Of a stretch of 64,000 bases of DNA, positions 36,404 through 46,432 are shown one piece after another. The translations under genes were made by a program, and so were the position numbers. This DNA is from Candidatus Aenigmatarchaeota archaeon. GTDB taxonomy: Archaea; Aenigmatarchaeota; Aenigmatarchaeia; CG10238-14; SCSR01. The DNA lies in the NCBI GenBank assembly GCA_038998585.1, contig JAVZGQ010000001.1:75737-139736 (forward strand), read 5' to 3'. A model generated the notes under the pieces. That model searched no databases. It was not told the DNA's origin and saw only the letters and a program-made list of their open reading frames with translations. Within the stretch, counting starts at the first letter, position 1. Every line of letters starts with the position of its first letter.

Positions 36404-36503
36404 GCGGGGGTCCGGTAGTCCGGTCAATCCGGCCAGCCTGAGGAGAAAGCAGATCGCTGGTGGCTTAGTGCCTACGTGGGTTCGAATCCCACCCCCCGCA
36501 CCA
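36404..36503 (+). tRNA. tRNA-Leu(GAG), class II, with an approximately 11-nt micro-intron in the anticodon loop and a genomically encoded CCA
   Basis: GCGGGGG ... CCAGC CTGAGG[AGAAAGCAGAT]C GCTGG TGGCTTAGTGCCTAC GTGGG TTCGAAT CCCAC CCCCCGC A CCA. It has a long variable arm. It is the only tRNA here with an encoded CCA. Confidence 0.8.
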
Positions 36504-36541
36504 CTTAATTTAATTCATCATTTTTGTATTCATTTTTAATT

Positions 36542-38314
36542 TTACTTCACAGTAATTACTTTGGCCAGGTTGCGAGGATGGTCAGGGTCACATCCCCTCA
36601 ATAAGGCTAATTGATAGGCTAAAATTTGCATCGGAATTATTTGGCAAATAGAGTTCAATTCATCCGCTTCTCTCACCTTAATGAAAAAATCAAAAACTTC
36701 ATTGTTTTTTGGCCCAACGCCGATGATATACCCACCACGTGCTTTAAGTTCGATTGCATTGTTCATGATATCTTTTTCAGTTTCGCCAGAAGTAAAAACT
36801 ATGCAAGGAGTGCCATACTCAATTAAAGCCAATGTTCCATGCTTCAGTTCACCACCGGCATAGGCCTCAGCATGAATGTAAGAAACTTCTTTTATTTTCA
36901 ATGCAGCTTCTAGAGCAGTGGGGTACTGTAAGCCACGCCCAATCAAATAAATATGTTCTGCATATCTTAGTCTTTCGGCAAGTTGTTTCAAAAATTTTCT
37001 CATGTTTAATGAAGTCAAATAATATATATAGCGTGTAAGATCTTTCAATCTTTCTTTTCCCTCTTCTAATTTTCCAGCTAATTCATAAGCTAGTAGATAA
37101 AGTATTGCTAATTGTGAGGTGTAAGCTTTAGTGGATACAACACAAATTTCGGGCCCAGCCCTTTGTAAAATTGTTTTATCAGATTCACGCATGAGAGAAG
37201 ACCCCATAACATTTGTTATTGAAATTACTTTTGCACCCATAGTTTTGGCAGCTCTTACAGCAGCTAAAGTATCAGCAGTCTCACCACTCTGTGAAACAGC
37301 AATGACCAAGCTTTTTGGTGTTAGAAAATGTTGGAAATAGGGGAACTCAGAAGCGAGACAGAAGTTCACATGTTTTTTTGCTATCTTGGAAAAAAGATAA
37401 ACTCCATGCATACAAGCATGTGCAGCAGTACCACAGCCGACTATGTAAACTCCAAATGCTTTTCTTATTTCTTCTGCTAAGTCTTTTATTATCCTATTAT
37501 CTATCATAGATAGCTTTGAAATAACTTCAGCTTGCTCCACTATTTCTTTAATGAAGAAATGATCAAATTCTCCCTTCTTAGCTTGTTCGGCGTTCCAGTC
37601 AATCATCACCTCGGGTCGATCAACAAATGTGTTTTTAATTAAATTAAAAATTTTCAACCCACTACCATCGATTATTACCATATCTTTCTCTTCAAGGAAC
37701 ACAACTTTTTTTGTGTAATCTAAGAAGGCAGGAACATCGGAGGCAACAAAATATTCGTTATCACCAATACCTATTACAAGTGGCGCTTCTTTCCTGATAG
37801 CCACCATTTTGTTTTCATCTTTGTGAATAGCGACAACTGCATATTGTCCTTCCAAATGTTTAAAAGAGTGTTTTACAGCTTCTACAAAATCGTAGCCTTT
37901 TCTCATATGGTATTCTATTGTGTTCGGGATCACTTCTGTATCTGTCTGGGAATAAAACTTGAATCCCTGTTCGCTCAAAAATCCACGCTGTTCTTGGAAA
38001 TTCTCAATTATCCCATTATGCACAACAGCTATTTTACCATTGTTAGAAATGTGTGGGTGGGCATTTTCTTTGGTTATCCCACCATGGGTGGCCCAGCGTG
38101 TATGACCAATTGCCAATTTAGCGGTCGGTTCCAAAAAATTCAACCTGCTATGAACCTCATCAACTTTTCCAACATCTTTTTTAATTATTAGATTGTTATC
38201 TTTCACTAAAGCTATTCCAACTGAATCGTAGCCTCTATATTCAAGATGTCTTAATCCATTCAAGATTATTGGCAATGCATTTCTCTGGCCTATATATCCT
38301 ATTATCCCACACAT
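36542..38314 (-). CDS. glmS: Glutamine--fructose-6-phosphate aminotransferase
   Basis: N-terminal MCGIIGY (Ntn Cys), two SIS domains and a C-terminal ...NLAKVITVK. Confidence 0.9.
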   Translation of the reverse strand: MCGIIGYIGQRNALPIILNGLRHLEYRGYDSVGIALVKDNNLIIKKDVGKVDEVHSRLNFLEPTAKLAIGHTRWATHGGITKENAHPHISNNGKIAVVHNGIIENFQEQRGFLSEQGFKFYSQTDTEVIPNTIEYHMRKGYDFVEAVKHSFKHLEGQYAVVAIHKDENKMVAIRKEAPLVIGIGDNEYFVASDVPAFLDYTKKVVFLEEKDMVIIDGSGLKIFNLIKNTFVDRPEVMIDWNAEQAKKGEFDHFFIKEIVEQAEVISKLSMIDNRIIKDLAEEIRKAFGVYIVGCGTAAHACMHGVYLFSKIAKKHVNFCLASEFPYFQHFLTPKSLVIAVSQSGETADTLAAVRAAKTMGAKVISITNVMGSSLMRESDKTILQRAGPEICVVSTKAYTSQLAILYLLAYELAGKLEEGKERLKDLTRYIYYLTSLNMRKFLKQLAERLRYAEHIYLIGRGLQYPTALEAALKIKEVSYIHAEAYAGGELKHGTLALIEYGTPCIVFTSGETEKDIMNNAIELKARGGYIIGVGPKNNEVFDFFIKVREADELNSICQIIPMQILAYQLALLRGCDPDHPRNLAKVITVK

Positions 38315-38517
38315 AATCTCATCTTTATTTGGTTAAAAAGCTTTAACTCAAATTTATACGCTTATAGACTTTCAAATAGTTTATATTTAAGTTTATGCCA
38401 TGGGCGTTGAGTTTTGAACATTTCACAAAACTTAATTATTTTCAATCAATATAAATTTTATTAAAATAATTTTATGAATAGTATAAATATTTATATATCA
38501 AAAAATAACACATCTAT

Positions 38518-39456
38518 GTGGCAAAAAAGTTGCTGGTTGAATTAAAAAAAGGAAAATATTTCTCAAAAAGTATAAAAATTGTAGAAAATCCTGTAAGACT
38601 TTCATCAGCACTTAACAAAACAGCTTTGAAAATATTGAACGAAATAGCAGTTAGACCGAATTATCCTAAAGAAATAGCTAGAAATTTGAAAATTGATAGA
38701 CAAATAGTTTATTATTACATTCACAAACTCGAGAATTCGGGATTAATAAAAGTTGTTGAAGAAAGCAGAAAGGGTGGGGCTGTTTGTAAATTATACTCAC
38801 CAATTTCTAGCGCATTCGGTTTTGAATTGGCATCTTCATCAAGAGAGTTGATCTGGAAAGAAAATCATAAAATTGAAGAATTTTTTGAAGAATTTATAGG
38901 GGGAGGTATTTTCAATGGGGCTATAGTTGTTGGTTCTCCTACACCACACGGCCCATTCTTAACTGTAGCTAGAGATGGGCATTACGCTATTCCTTTGGCT
39001 CTATTTTTAGGTAGCTTTTGTGAGGTTCCGAAAGAAGATGTTGTAAGACTTGACACAGAAGTTAAGGCCGGGCACGAAGAAAGAAGCAACATGATTTTGG
39101 TTGGTGGCCCAATAACCAATATAATATCGAATGAAATTAATGAAAATTTGAAAATAAGGTTCAAATGGGAAGCGACCTGGAAAATATTTTCAGAGTTTAG
39201 TAAAAAAGAGTATGTAGATGAAGAATTAGGGATAATAGCTAAGATAAGAAATCCGTGGGATGAGACCAAAAAAATAATCTTGCTCTCAGGACTAAAATTA
39301 GATGGAACAAAGACTTGTGTTTTTGCTATTATTAATTTTTCTTACAAGTTGTTTGAAGATTATGAAAGCAAAAAAGATTTTTTCATTTTGATTAGAGGTT
39401 TAGATAGAGACGGGGATGGAAAGGTTGACGACATTGCTGTTATTGAAAAAAATTAA
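38518..39456 (+). CDS. ArsR-like winged-helix protein with an uncharacterised C-terminal domain (312 aa)
   Basis: ALKILNEIAVRPNYPKEIARNLKIDRQIVYYYIHKLENSGLIKVV is a wHTH. The remaining roughly 210 aa are unrecognised. It uses a GTG start. Confidence 0.5.
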   Translation: MAKKLLVELKKGKYFSKSIKIVENPVRLSSALNKTALKILNEIAVRPNYPKEIARNLKIDRQIVYYYIHKLENSGLIKVVEESRKGGAVCKLYSPISSAFGFELASSSRELIWKENHKIEEFFEEFIGGGIFNGAIVVGSPTPHGPFLTVARDGHYAIPLALFLGSFCEVPKEDVVRLDTEVKAGHEERSNMILVGGPITNIISNEINENLKIRFKWEATWKIFSEFSKKEYVDEELGIIAKIRNPWDETKKIILLSGLKLDGTKTCVFAIINFSYKLFEDYESKKDFFILIRGLDRDGDGKVDDIAVIEKN

Positions 39457-39479
39457 TTATTATTGGTTGATTATTTAAT

Positions 39480-40016
39480 TCATCTACCAAATTTTTTCTC
39501 ATAATGTTTCATAGCCAGTTTTATGATATTTTTTGCCTCTTCAGCATTTTTCCATTCTTTTATTTTCACGAACTTCCCAGGCTCAGACTTCTTATAATTT
39601 TCAAAAAACTCATTTATCTCTCTTATGGTTTTATCATCCAAATCATCCAAATCTTTTATTTTAGAAAATCTCGGATCATTAACTGGAACTGTAATGATTT
39701 TATCATCCATTCCCTTTTCATCTTCCATAACCAATAAAGCGACGGGCCTCGCCTCTACAACACATCCAGGAAAAGTCGGATAGGTTACTAGAACGACAGC
39801 ATCAAGAGGATCTTCATCACTATTCCAAGTCCTAGGTAAAAATCCATAATCAAAGGGCCAGTGATATTTGTCCGAATGGATAACCCTATCTATTTTAAAA
39901 ACTTCATCTTTCTTGTCATATTCTACCTTATTTAAAGAGCCTTTTGTATTCTCTATAACTATATTAACTACTTCCGGTGTTTTTTCACCAATACTCAGAT
40001 CATGAAAAAGGTTCAT
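39480..40016 (-). CDS. ppa: Inorganic pyrophosphatase (family I)
   Basis: NIVIENTKGS..KVEYDK...DYGFLPRTWNSDEDPLDAVVL. The start is trimmed to ATG 40016 (MNLFHDL...). Confidence 0.85.
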   Translation of the reverse strand: MNLFHDLSIGEKTPEVVNIVIENTKGSLNKVEYDKKDEVFKIDRVIHSDKYHWPFDYGFLPRTWNSDEDPLDAVVLVTYPTFPGCVVEARPVALLVMEDEKGMDDKIITVPVNDPRFSKIKDLDDLDDKTIREINEFFENYKKSEPGKFVKIKEWKNAEEAKNIIKLAMKHYEKKFGR

Positions 40017-40145
40017 GCTCACACCTATAGCCAAGTATTTGTTTATTCTTAAATAAATTCTTTTTTCTTCTAAATTTTTAATTCTTTCGCTTTTTCTATT
40101 TATTGTAAGGAAAAAATAAATAACCACTAAAAACTAAATCTAATC

Positions 40146-40319
40146 ATGGAAGTTGGTAAAAAAAAGTGTGTTCTCCTCGGCTGTAATATCAATGCTGTTG
40201 GCAATTGCAATAATTGTGGCATACCTGTCTGCGAGAAACATTCGAGGAAGATGGGTAAATTTCACATTTGTGTGAATTGCTACGAATATCTTAACAAAAG
40301 GTTAAAAATATCAAGATGA
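40146..40319 (+). CDS. Small Cys-rich zinc-finger protein (57 aa)
   Basis: Below the ORF-track cutoff. The translation is MEVGKKKCVLLGCNINAVGNCNNCGIPVCEKHSRKMGKFHICVNCYEYLNKRLKISR, with eight Cys and one His in CxxxxC/CxxC spacing. Confidence 0.4.
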   Translation: MEVGKKKCVLLGCNINAVGNCNNCGIPVCEKHSRKMGKFHICVNCYEYLNKRLKISR

Positions 40320-40362
40320 GTTAAATTGTTCAGGTTAAGTTGCACCAGCTCAGATAATAAAA

Positions 40363-40878
40363 TTAAAGCTTTTGAACTAATTCATCTAGCTTTCTTCTAT
40401 TTGTTGGGGAAGGCTGTTCAGCCGGATAACCTATTGGAATTATCGCTATTGGTACCAAACCTTCAGGATCCCCTAGAATTTTCAAAACTTCTTTATCTTC
40501 AAAGGCGCCAACCCAACAAGAAGCTAATCCTAAAGCCGTAGCTGCTAATTGTGCATAGGCTGCTGCTATCGTTGCATCTTGAATAGAATATAAGTTTTTA
40601 CCCCTTTTACTATATTTTTTACCTGATCTTCCAGGGTCAGCACAAAAAACTAAAACTATTGGGGCTTCTGCAACAAAACTCTGTGCGAGAGAAGCTAAAG
40701 CAAGCTCTCTTTTCTTCTCGTCGTCTTGAATCAAAAAGATTTTATAAGACTGTAAATTTCCTGCAGATGGAGCAGAGTTTGTCGCTTCAAGTATCTCTTT
40801 TATTTTGCTTTCTTCAATAGGTCTGCTCGTGAATGATCTGACAGAATGTCTTTTCTTGATTACATCAAAAAATTCCAT
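40363..40878 (-). CDS. Nitroreductase-family flavoprotein
   Basis: The N-terminus MEFFDVIKKRHSVRSFTSRPIEE and SAGNLQ are typical of the family. Confidence 0.75.
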   Translation of the reverse strand: MEFFDVIKKRHSVRSFTSRPIEESKIKEILEATNSAPSAGNLQSYKIFLIQDDEKKRELALASLAQSFVAEAPIVLVFCADPGRSGKKYSKRGKNLYSIQDATIAAAYAQLAATALGLASCWVGAFEDKEVLKILGDPEGLVPIAIIPIGYPAEQPSPTNRRKLDELVQKL

Positions 40879-40942
40879 CCAATCACTCTATTTAATTTAT
40901 TGATTAAAATAAAAAACACCCAAACTCTCAATTCAAGATTTT

Positions 40943-42049
40943 TTAACTCCTTTTTCTTATCCTTTCTTTAGCAATATCCAGAGCAGCGTCTCTTGGTAAA
41001 ATATTTTCTTTCTTAGCTTTCCTCAAAACAGTTCTTGTGTTCTTTTTTATTTTTTTCTCCACAAGCTCAAACATTTTTTCGGTATTATAGCCTCTGTATT
41101 CGCAATAAGAAGAAATCACGCCACCTGCATTGGCAACAAAGTCTGGTACAATCAAAACTCCTCTATCATTTAAAATTTTTTCGATCTCTGGTCTACAAGG
41201 TATATTTGCAGCTTCTACGATGAGCCTCGCTTTGATTTCATTCACATTTCCACTATTTATCACATCAGGCATGGCGGCTGGAATTAAAATATCAACTTGT
41301 AGCTTAAAAATTTCTTCATTTGGTAAAATTTTACCTGGTTGGTAATTTATAACCGAACCGGTTTGTTTTTTAACTTCTGCTAGATTGTTGAAGTCTAAAC
41401 CCTCTGGATTATATATAGCACCACCGCTATCAGAAACAGCAACAAGCTTTGCTCCTGCTTGAGACAAAAATTTTGCAGCAAAAGACCCAACATTTCCGAA
41501 ACCATCTATTGCTACTTTTGCCTGAGTGATATCAATTTTGCAAAATTTTGCAGCAATCAAGGTCGAATGAAAGACACCGAACCCAGTTGAGCCCAACTCA
41601 TGCGGCAAACCACCTAAATCTTTTGGTTTGCCTGTCACAGATTTTAAAGATCCATTGCCCTCGACAAACCACCTCATTTCTTGCTCACCGGTGTTGATGT
41701 CGGGTGCTCCAATATAATATTTGGGTGAAATACCACGTAAAGCTTTGCCGAAAGCCCTTACCAATTCAGCTTTTTTCTCGACAGAGATTTTTTTAGGGTT
41801 GGCAATTATCCCAGATTTTGCTCCACCAAAAGGTAAGTTTGCTAAAGAACACTTTAATGTCATCACCCTAGCGAGCCTGTAGACTTCTTCGACATCAACA
41901 TCGGGAGTCATTCTTATACCACCCTTCCCTGGACCTAAAGAAGTATTGTCAATAACTAGAATTCCCCTCAAACCAACTTTAGGATTATAAACTTCAATTA
42001 TCTTCTCGGGCCCAAAATCGTCAGCAAATCGCTCTATCATTTTCCCCAT
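40943..42049 (-). CDS. Glu/Leu/Phe/Val dehydrogenase-family enzyme (short glutamate-dehydrogenase-like, 368 aa)
   Basis: GPGKGGIRM...EVYRLARVMTLKCSLANLPFGGAKSGI plus the Rossmann motif IDGFGNVG. Confidence 0.7.
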   Translation of the reverse strand: MGKMIERFADDFGPEKIIEVYNPKVGLRGILVIDNTSLGPGKGGIRMTPDVDVEEVYRLARVMTLKCSLANLPFGGAKSGIIANPKKISVEKKAELVRAFGKALRGISPKYYIGAPDINTGEQEMRWFVEGNGSLKSVTGKPKDLGGLPHELGSTGFGVFHSTLIAAKFCKIDITQAKVAIDGFGNVGSFAAKFLSQAGAKLVAVSDSGGAIYNPEGLDFNNLAEVKKQTGSVINYQPGKILPNEEIFKLQVDILIPAAMPDVINSGNVNEIKARLIVEAANIPCRPEIEKILNDRGVLIVPDFVANAGGVISSYCEYRGYNTEKMFELVEKKIKKNTRTVLRKAKKENILPRDAALDIAKERIRKRS

Positions 42050-42053
42050 CCAC

Positions 42054-42998
42054 TTATTTCAGCTCTTCAATCCCATGTAAATAGTTGTAGGCGGATAGAG
42101 CAGCTTTTGCCCCTTCACCAGCGGCTATCACAATCTGCTTAAATGTTACATTTGTAACATCGCCCGCAGCAAAGATTCCGGGCCTTAATTTTTCTTCCCC
42201 GGGGTAGAAAGTTCTGCAATTAGAGTCGACTACAATCTGATTGTGATCATCAAGTTTAACCAAGTCTTTGATGAGAGTGGGATCCACATCATATCCTATC
42301 TCGATGAAAACACCGTCAACAACAATTTCTCTTGTTTGTTCATTCTTCAGATCCTTAACAACAATCGAACTAACTCTTTCTTTACCCTTTATTTCTATTA
42401 CCACGCTATTCATCACAAATTCAATATTCTTCTTTTTTTTCACCCCCTCCATGAGAGTTTCAAATCCTCGAAATTCTTCTCTTCTATGAATCAAATAAAC
42501 TTTGCTTGCAAATTTGCTTAGTAGCAGGGCAGCGTCTAAAGCAGAATTGCCGCCTCCAATTACAGCAACCTTCTTATTCTTGAAAAGTGGGGCATCACAT
42601 ATAGCACAGTAAGATACACCTCTTCCTATCAACTCCTTTTCTCCAGGAGTGTTTAAGGGTTTTGGTTTTTTACCAAAAGCCAAAATCAAAGCTCTTGCCA
42701 AAAAATTTTTTGTTTCGGTTTTAACTAAAAACTCATTACTCTGAGGCAAAATCTGTTTAACTTCATCTAAAATTATTTCAGACCCAGATTTTTCGGCCTG
42801 CTTTCTAATTCTATCGATCAAATTCATTCCACTCACACTCAAAAAACCTGGATAATTACAAACAGCTCTAGGAAGCAAAGCCTGGCCTCCCACATTCTTA
42901 GTTATTATCAAAGTTTTCAGTTTTCTTCTGGTCGAATATATTCCTGCAGTCAATCCAGCTGGGCCACCACCAATAATAATCACATCATATTTTTCCAT
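42054..42998 (-). CDS. trxB: Thioredoxin reductase
   Basis: YDVIIIGGGPAGLTAG, redox-active CAICDA, and VAVIGGGNSALDAA. Confidence 0.85.
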   Translation of the reverse strand: MEKYDVIIIGGGPAGLTAGIYSTRRKLKTLIITKNVGGQALLPRAVCNYPGFLSVSGMNLIDRIRKQAEKSGSEIILDEVKQILPQSNEFLVKTETKNFLARALILAFGKKPKPLNTPGEKELIGRGVSYCAICDAPLFKNKKVAVIGGGNSALDAALLLSKFASKVYLIHRREEFRGFETLMEGVKKKKNIEFVMNSVVIEIKGKERVSSIVVKDLKNEQTREIVVDGVFIEIGYDVDPTLIKDLVKLDDHNQIVVDSNCRTFYPGEEKLRPGIFAAGDVTNVTFKQIVIAAGEGAKAALSAYNYLHGIEELK

Positions 42999-43060
42999 TT
43001 AGCCACCACAGGGGATTCTTCCTCCTAAAATATTAAAGTGAAGCAATATTTAAAATCAAT

Positions 43061-43393
43061 TCACATTAAGTTTTTATCTAACCACTTTTTAATCAAAGGC
43101 TCGGGCATATATCCTAGAAACTCATCTACTATTTTGCCATTTTTGAACATCTTTACACTTGGTATCGATGCTATTTGATATTTTTCTGCAAGTATAGGGT
43201 TTTCGTCCACGTTCACCTTGACAAGCAAAAATTTCCCCCCATATTCTTTTGCTACTTTACTAATTATCGGTGATAGGATTCTACAGGGCGGGCACCAGCT
43301 CGCCCAAAAATCTACGACTACTGGGAATTTCTTAGAGTTCTCTATAACCTTTTCTTCAAAATCTTCTTCGTTGGCTTCAATCTCGACTTCCAT
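43061..43393 (-). CDS. trxA: Thioredoxin
   Basis: It has a WCPPC active site in a thioredoxin-length protein. Confidence 0.85.
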   Translation of the reverse strand: MEVEIEANEEDFEEKVIENSKKFPVVVDFWASWCPPCRILSPIISKVAKEYGGKFLLVKVNVDENPILAEKYQIASIPSVKMFKNGKIVDEFLGYMPEPLIKKWLDKNLM

Positions 43394-43485
43394 AATTTCA
43401 AAAAATTTATTTGTTTTTATTATTTAAAATATTGTGTCATCGATTTGAATTGAAAATTATAAACTAGAAAAGCAAAAATCATTTT

Positions 43486-45411
43486 ATGAGAACTGTCAAA
43501 AGTAGCTGCATCTATTGTGGCTGTGGATGCAGGCTGAATTTTTTAGTTGATGGCAATAAAATAAAAAAGGTCCTACCCGATAAAGAAGATCCTGTGAGCA
43601 AGGGAAATCCCTGCATCAAGGGGTTGACTATAAATGAAGTTGTCGACAAAGGAAGAATTCTTTATCCGATGGTGAGGTATGGTAAAAAATTAAAGAAGAC
43701 AACTTGGAAAAAAGCTTACGAATACATTAAGAAAAAATTAAAGGACCTCTCACCAGATGAAATTTTTTTCGTACCGTCAGGGAAAACAACAAATGAAAAC
43801 AATTTTGTCATGCAAAAATTCGCCAGATTGTTGGGGAGCAATAATGTTGATGCATGTTGCTCAAGAGTTTGTCATAGGGCTACTGTTCAGGCTATAAACA
43901 ATGTTTTTGGTATAACAGCAAATCCTTGGAGAATGGATGAAATATACGACAGAGACTGTATATTAATAATTGGTTCAAATCCAGCTTCAAACTATCCGGT
44001 TCTCTTCAATAGAATTTTGGAAGCAAAGAAAAAAGGAGCAAAAATACTTTGCGTCCAACCAATCAAAAATCAAACCTCTCAAGAAGCTGATTTATTGATG
44101 CTGATCCATGCTGGAACAGAAACCGCTTTTCTCAACGGTTTGATGAATTTTTTGATTGAAAACAAAAATTACGATAAAAGTGTTGAAAAGATTGATGGTT
44201 TCAAAGAGCTTGTGTGTTTAGTTAAGGACTATACCCCAGAAAAAGTATGTGGTATTTGTGGGATTTCTAAAAAAGATTTTGAAAATTTCTCAAAACTTAT
44301 AGCCGAATCAAAGTTTTTTGGTGCAATACATGGTATGGGACTAACTCAACATGTGAATGCGATAGAAAATGTTCATTCTTTACTCAATTTGGTACTGCTT
44401 AAAAATGGTAAGCTATTATCTTTTCGCGGTGAAGTGAGTGTACAGGGAGCTGGAGATATGGGAGGTTCACCCGATGAGTTGCCTGTTGGCCAAATGATAA
44501 ATTTTGAAAGGCTGGAAAAATTTTGGGGCAAAAAAATAGAAATAAAAAAAGGTAAAAATATTTTAGAAGCTTTTATCCTATCTCCAGTTAAAGCTTGTTT
44601 TGTTTCTGGCTTTAATCCAGCTCAATCTATGCCAAATTTGAATCAGGTTCAAAATAATTTGAAAAAGATGTTTTTAATTCAACTCGATAGCTATTTCAAC
44701 TTAACTTCAAAATTTGCAAAAGTAATTTTACCTATCCCTTTGTTAATTGAGAAAAACGGAACGATAACAAATGGGGAAAGAAGAGTGAGGCTTGTAAAAA
44801 AGGTAATAGAACCTCCTGGAGAAGCCAAACCAGAATGGTTGATCTTTAAAGAGCTCAGCAAGTATTTTGGTCTAGAAAAATTCTTCAATTACAAAAACGA
44901 GAAAGAGATTTTAAAAGAAATTACAGAAGTGATTCCAGCCTATATGAACATAGACCCTGATTTTCTAATCAAGGGAAATGATGCCTGGGCCGACAAAGAA
45001 ATAAAGTTTAAGAAATTCATGCCGGAAAATTTCGAGGGTTTAGAAGATGTCAGAAGCAAAAAATATCCTTTTATCTTAACAACTTTTCGCTCCCCATATC
45101 GTTTTCTAACAAACGAGGCAACTTCCAAATCCAAAACTCTTAAAAAATTTGAGGTCGATCTTTGCTATATTAATGAAAAAGATGCAAAAAGATTGAAAAT
45201 AAGAGATGGTGACAAGGTAGAAATTTCAAACCAAAACGGCAAAGTTAAAGCTAAAACCAAAATAAAAGAATTTGTACCACAAGGCATTGTTGCTATGCAT
45301 TTTCACTCAGAAAAAATTTTAGTCAACAAACTTTTTCCAATTCAATTTGATGAAGAAAGTTTTCAACCAAACTTCAAAATAGTTGCAGTCAAGATAAAAA
45401 AATTAAGATAA
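43486..45411 (+). CDS. Molybdopterin oxidoreductase, formate-dehydrogenase-alpha-like (Cys type)
   Basis: The N-terminal [4Fe-4S] motif is CIYCGCGC...NPCIKG. NNVDACCSRVCHRAT provides the Cys-His pair at the position of Sec/Cys-His in FDH. A C-terminal beta-barrel domain is present. Confidence 0.6.
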   Translation: MRTVKSSCIYCGCGCRLNFLVDGNKIKKVLPDKEDPVSKGNPCIKGLTINEVVDKGRILYPMVRYGKKLKKTTWKKAYEYIKKKLKDLSPDEIFFVPSGKTTNENNFVMQKFARLLGSNNVDACCSRVCHRATVQAINNVFGITANPWRMDEIYDRDCILIIGSNPASNYPVLFNRILEAKKKGAKILCVQPIKNQTSQEADLLMLIHAGTETAFLNGLMNFLIENKNYDKSVEKIDGFKELVCLVKDYTPEKVCGICGISKKDFENFSKLIAESKFFGAIHGMGLTQHVNAIENVHSLLNLVLLKNGKLLSFRGEVSVQGAGDMGGSPDELPVGQMINFERLEKFWGKKIEIKKGKNILEAFILSPVKACFVSGFNPAQSMPNLNQVQNNLKKMFLIQLDSYFNLTSKFAKVILPIPLLIEKNGTITNGERRVRLVKKVIEPPGEAKPEWLIFKELSKYFGLEKFFNYKNEKEILKEITEVIPAYMNIDPDFLIKGNDAWADKEIKFKKFMPENFEGLEDVRSKKYPFILTTFRSPYRFLTNEATSKSKTLKKFEVDLCYINEKDAKRLKIRDGDKVEISNQNGKVKAKTKIKEFVPQGIVAMHFHSEKILVNKLFPIQFDEESFQPNFKIVAVKIKKLR

Positions 45412-45434
45412 TTTTAATCTTAGTTATTTTTTTA

Positions 45435-46289
45435 TTAGAAAAAGTAGCGATGCTTTATCACATTTGGTATTTCTTCTATCAAATCGCTCGCAAGCAAACC
45501 CTCTCCGTATTTTTTGGCCGCTAATTCCCCGGCTTTACCATTAACAAAGGCGGCTGCACAGGCTGAAGTAAATGTGTCAAGACCTCTCGCCAAGTAGGCA
45601 CCACAAATCCCTGCTAGTGTGTCACCAAAACCACCCTTTGTCATGTACGGAGAGCCAGTCTTGTTTATTGCGTTTTTTATTCCGTTTGAAATAACATCTG
45701 AATGTCCCTTCAACAAAATAGTTGCCTTAAGTTCATTCGCAACCCTGCTAACAATTCTAACCCTATCTAAAACATCTTCACTGACTTTTTCACCAGACAA
45801 TACAAAAAATTCGTGTGCGTGGGGTGTAATTATAAAATTCTTTCCACTCATTACCTTCTTATCATTAGCTAAAGCGTGAATCGCATCAGCATCTATCACG
45901 ATGGGCAATTCAACTGCTTTTAAAAATTCTAGAATAAAGTCTAAAACTTCTTCTTTTCTCGACATCCCACCCCCAATTACCACAGCAGTTTTATTTTTTG
46001 TCAGCTCTAAAATTTCCTCCAAGTTCTCACTTGTGAAGAAATCTCCCTTGATAGGATAAGCTATCAAATCTGGTTTAAAGCCTCTAATCACATAGGCTGT
46101 TTTTTCTGGTGCTGCTATAGTAACTAAGTCAACACCGGCACGTAAGGCTGCCAAAGCGTTGAAGGCTGGAGAACCAGAATAAAACTTACTTCCCCCAATC
46201 ACAAGCAAATGGCCAAAATCATACTTTCTCGACCATTTTTTTCTTTTCTTATAAACCTGTTTTAAAATGCTTTTACTGATAATTTGCAT
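45435..46289 (-). CDS. nnrD: ADP-dependent NAD(P)H-hydrate dehydratase (YjeF C-terminal / carbohydrate-kinase fold)
   Basis: GHLLVIGGSKFYSGSPAFNALAALRAGVDLV...TKGGFGDTLAG. Confidence 0.7.
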   Translation of the reverse strand: MQIISKSILKQVYKKRKKWSRKYDFGHLLVIGGSKFYSGSPAFNALAALRAGVDLVTIAAPEKTAYVIRGFKPDLIAYPIKGDFFTSENLEEILELTKNKTAVVIGGGMSRKEEVLDFILEFLKAVELPIVIDADAIHALANDKKVMSGKNFIITPHAHEFFVLSGEKVSEDVLDRVRIVSRVANELKATILLKGHSDVISNGIKNAINKTGSPYMTKGGFGDTLAGICGAYLARGLDTFTSACAAAFVNGKAGELAAKKYGEGLLASDLIEEIPNVIKHRYFF

Positions 46290-46432
46290 AATTGGTTTTT
46301 CTCTTCAAAAGAAATAAATATTAACTTTAAAGTTTTTGAATGTTTGAGGTTGCAGTAGGCTAAAATAATTCTAAATCAATCCTTGCCATTTATTTTAAAA
46401 ATCTAAAAGAATATATGATTTTATGGATTTAC

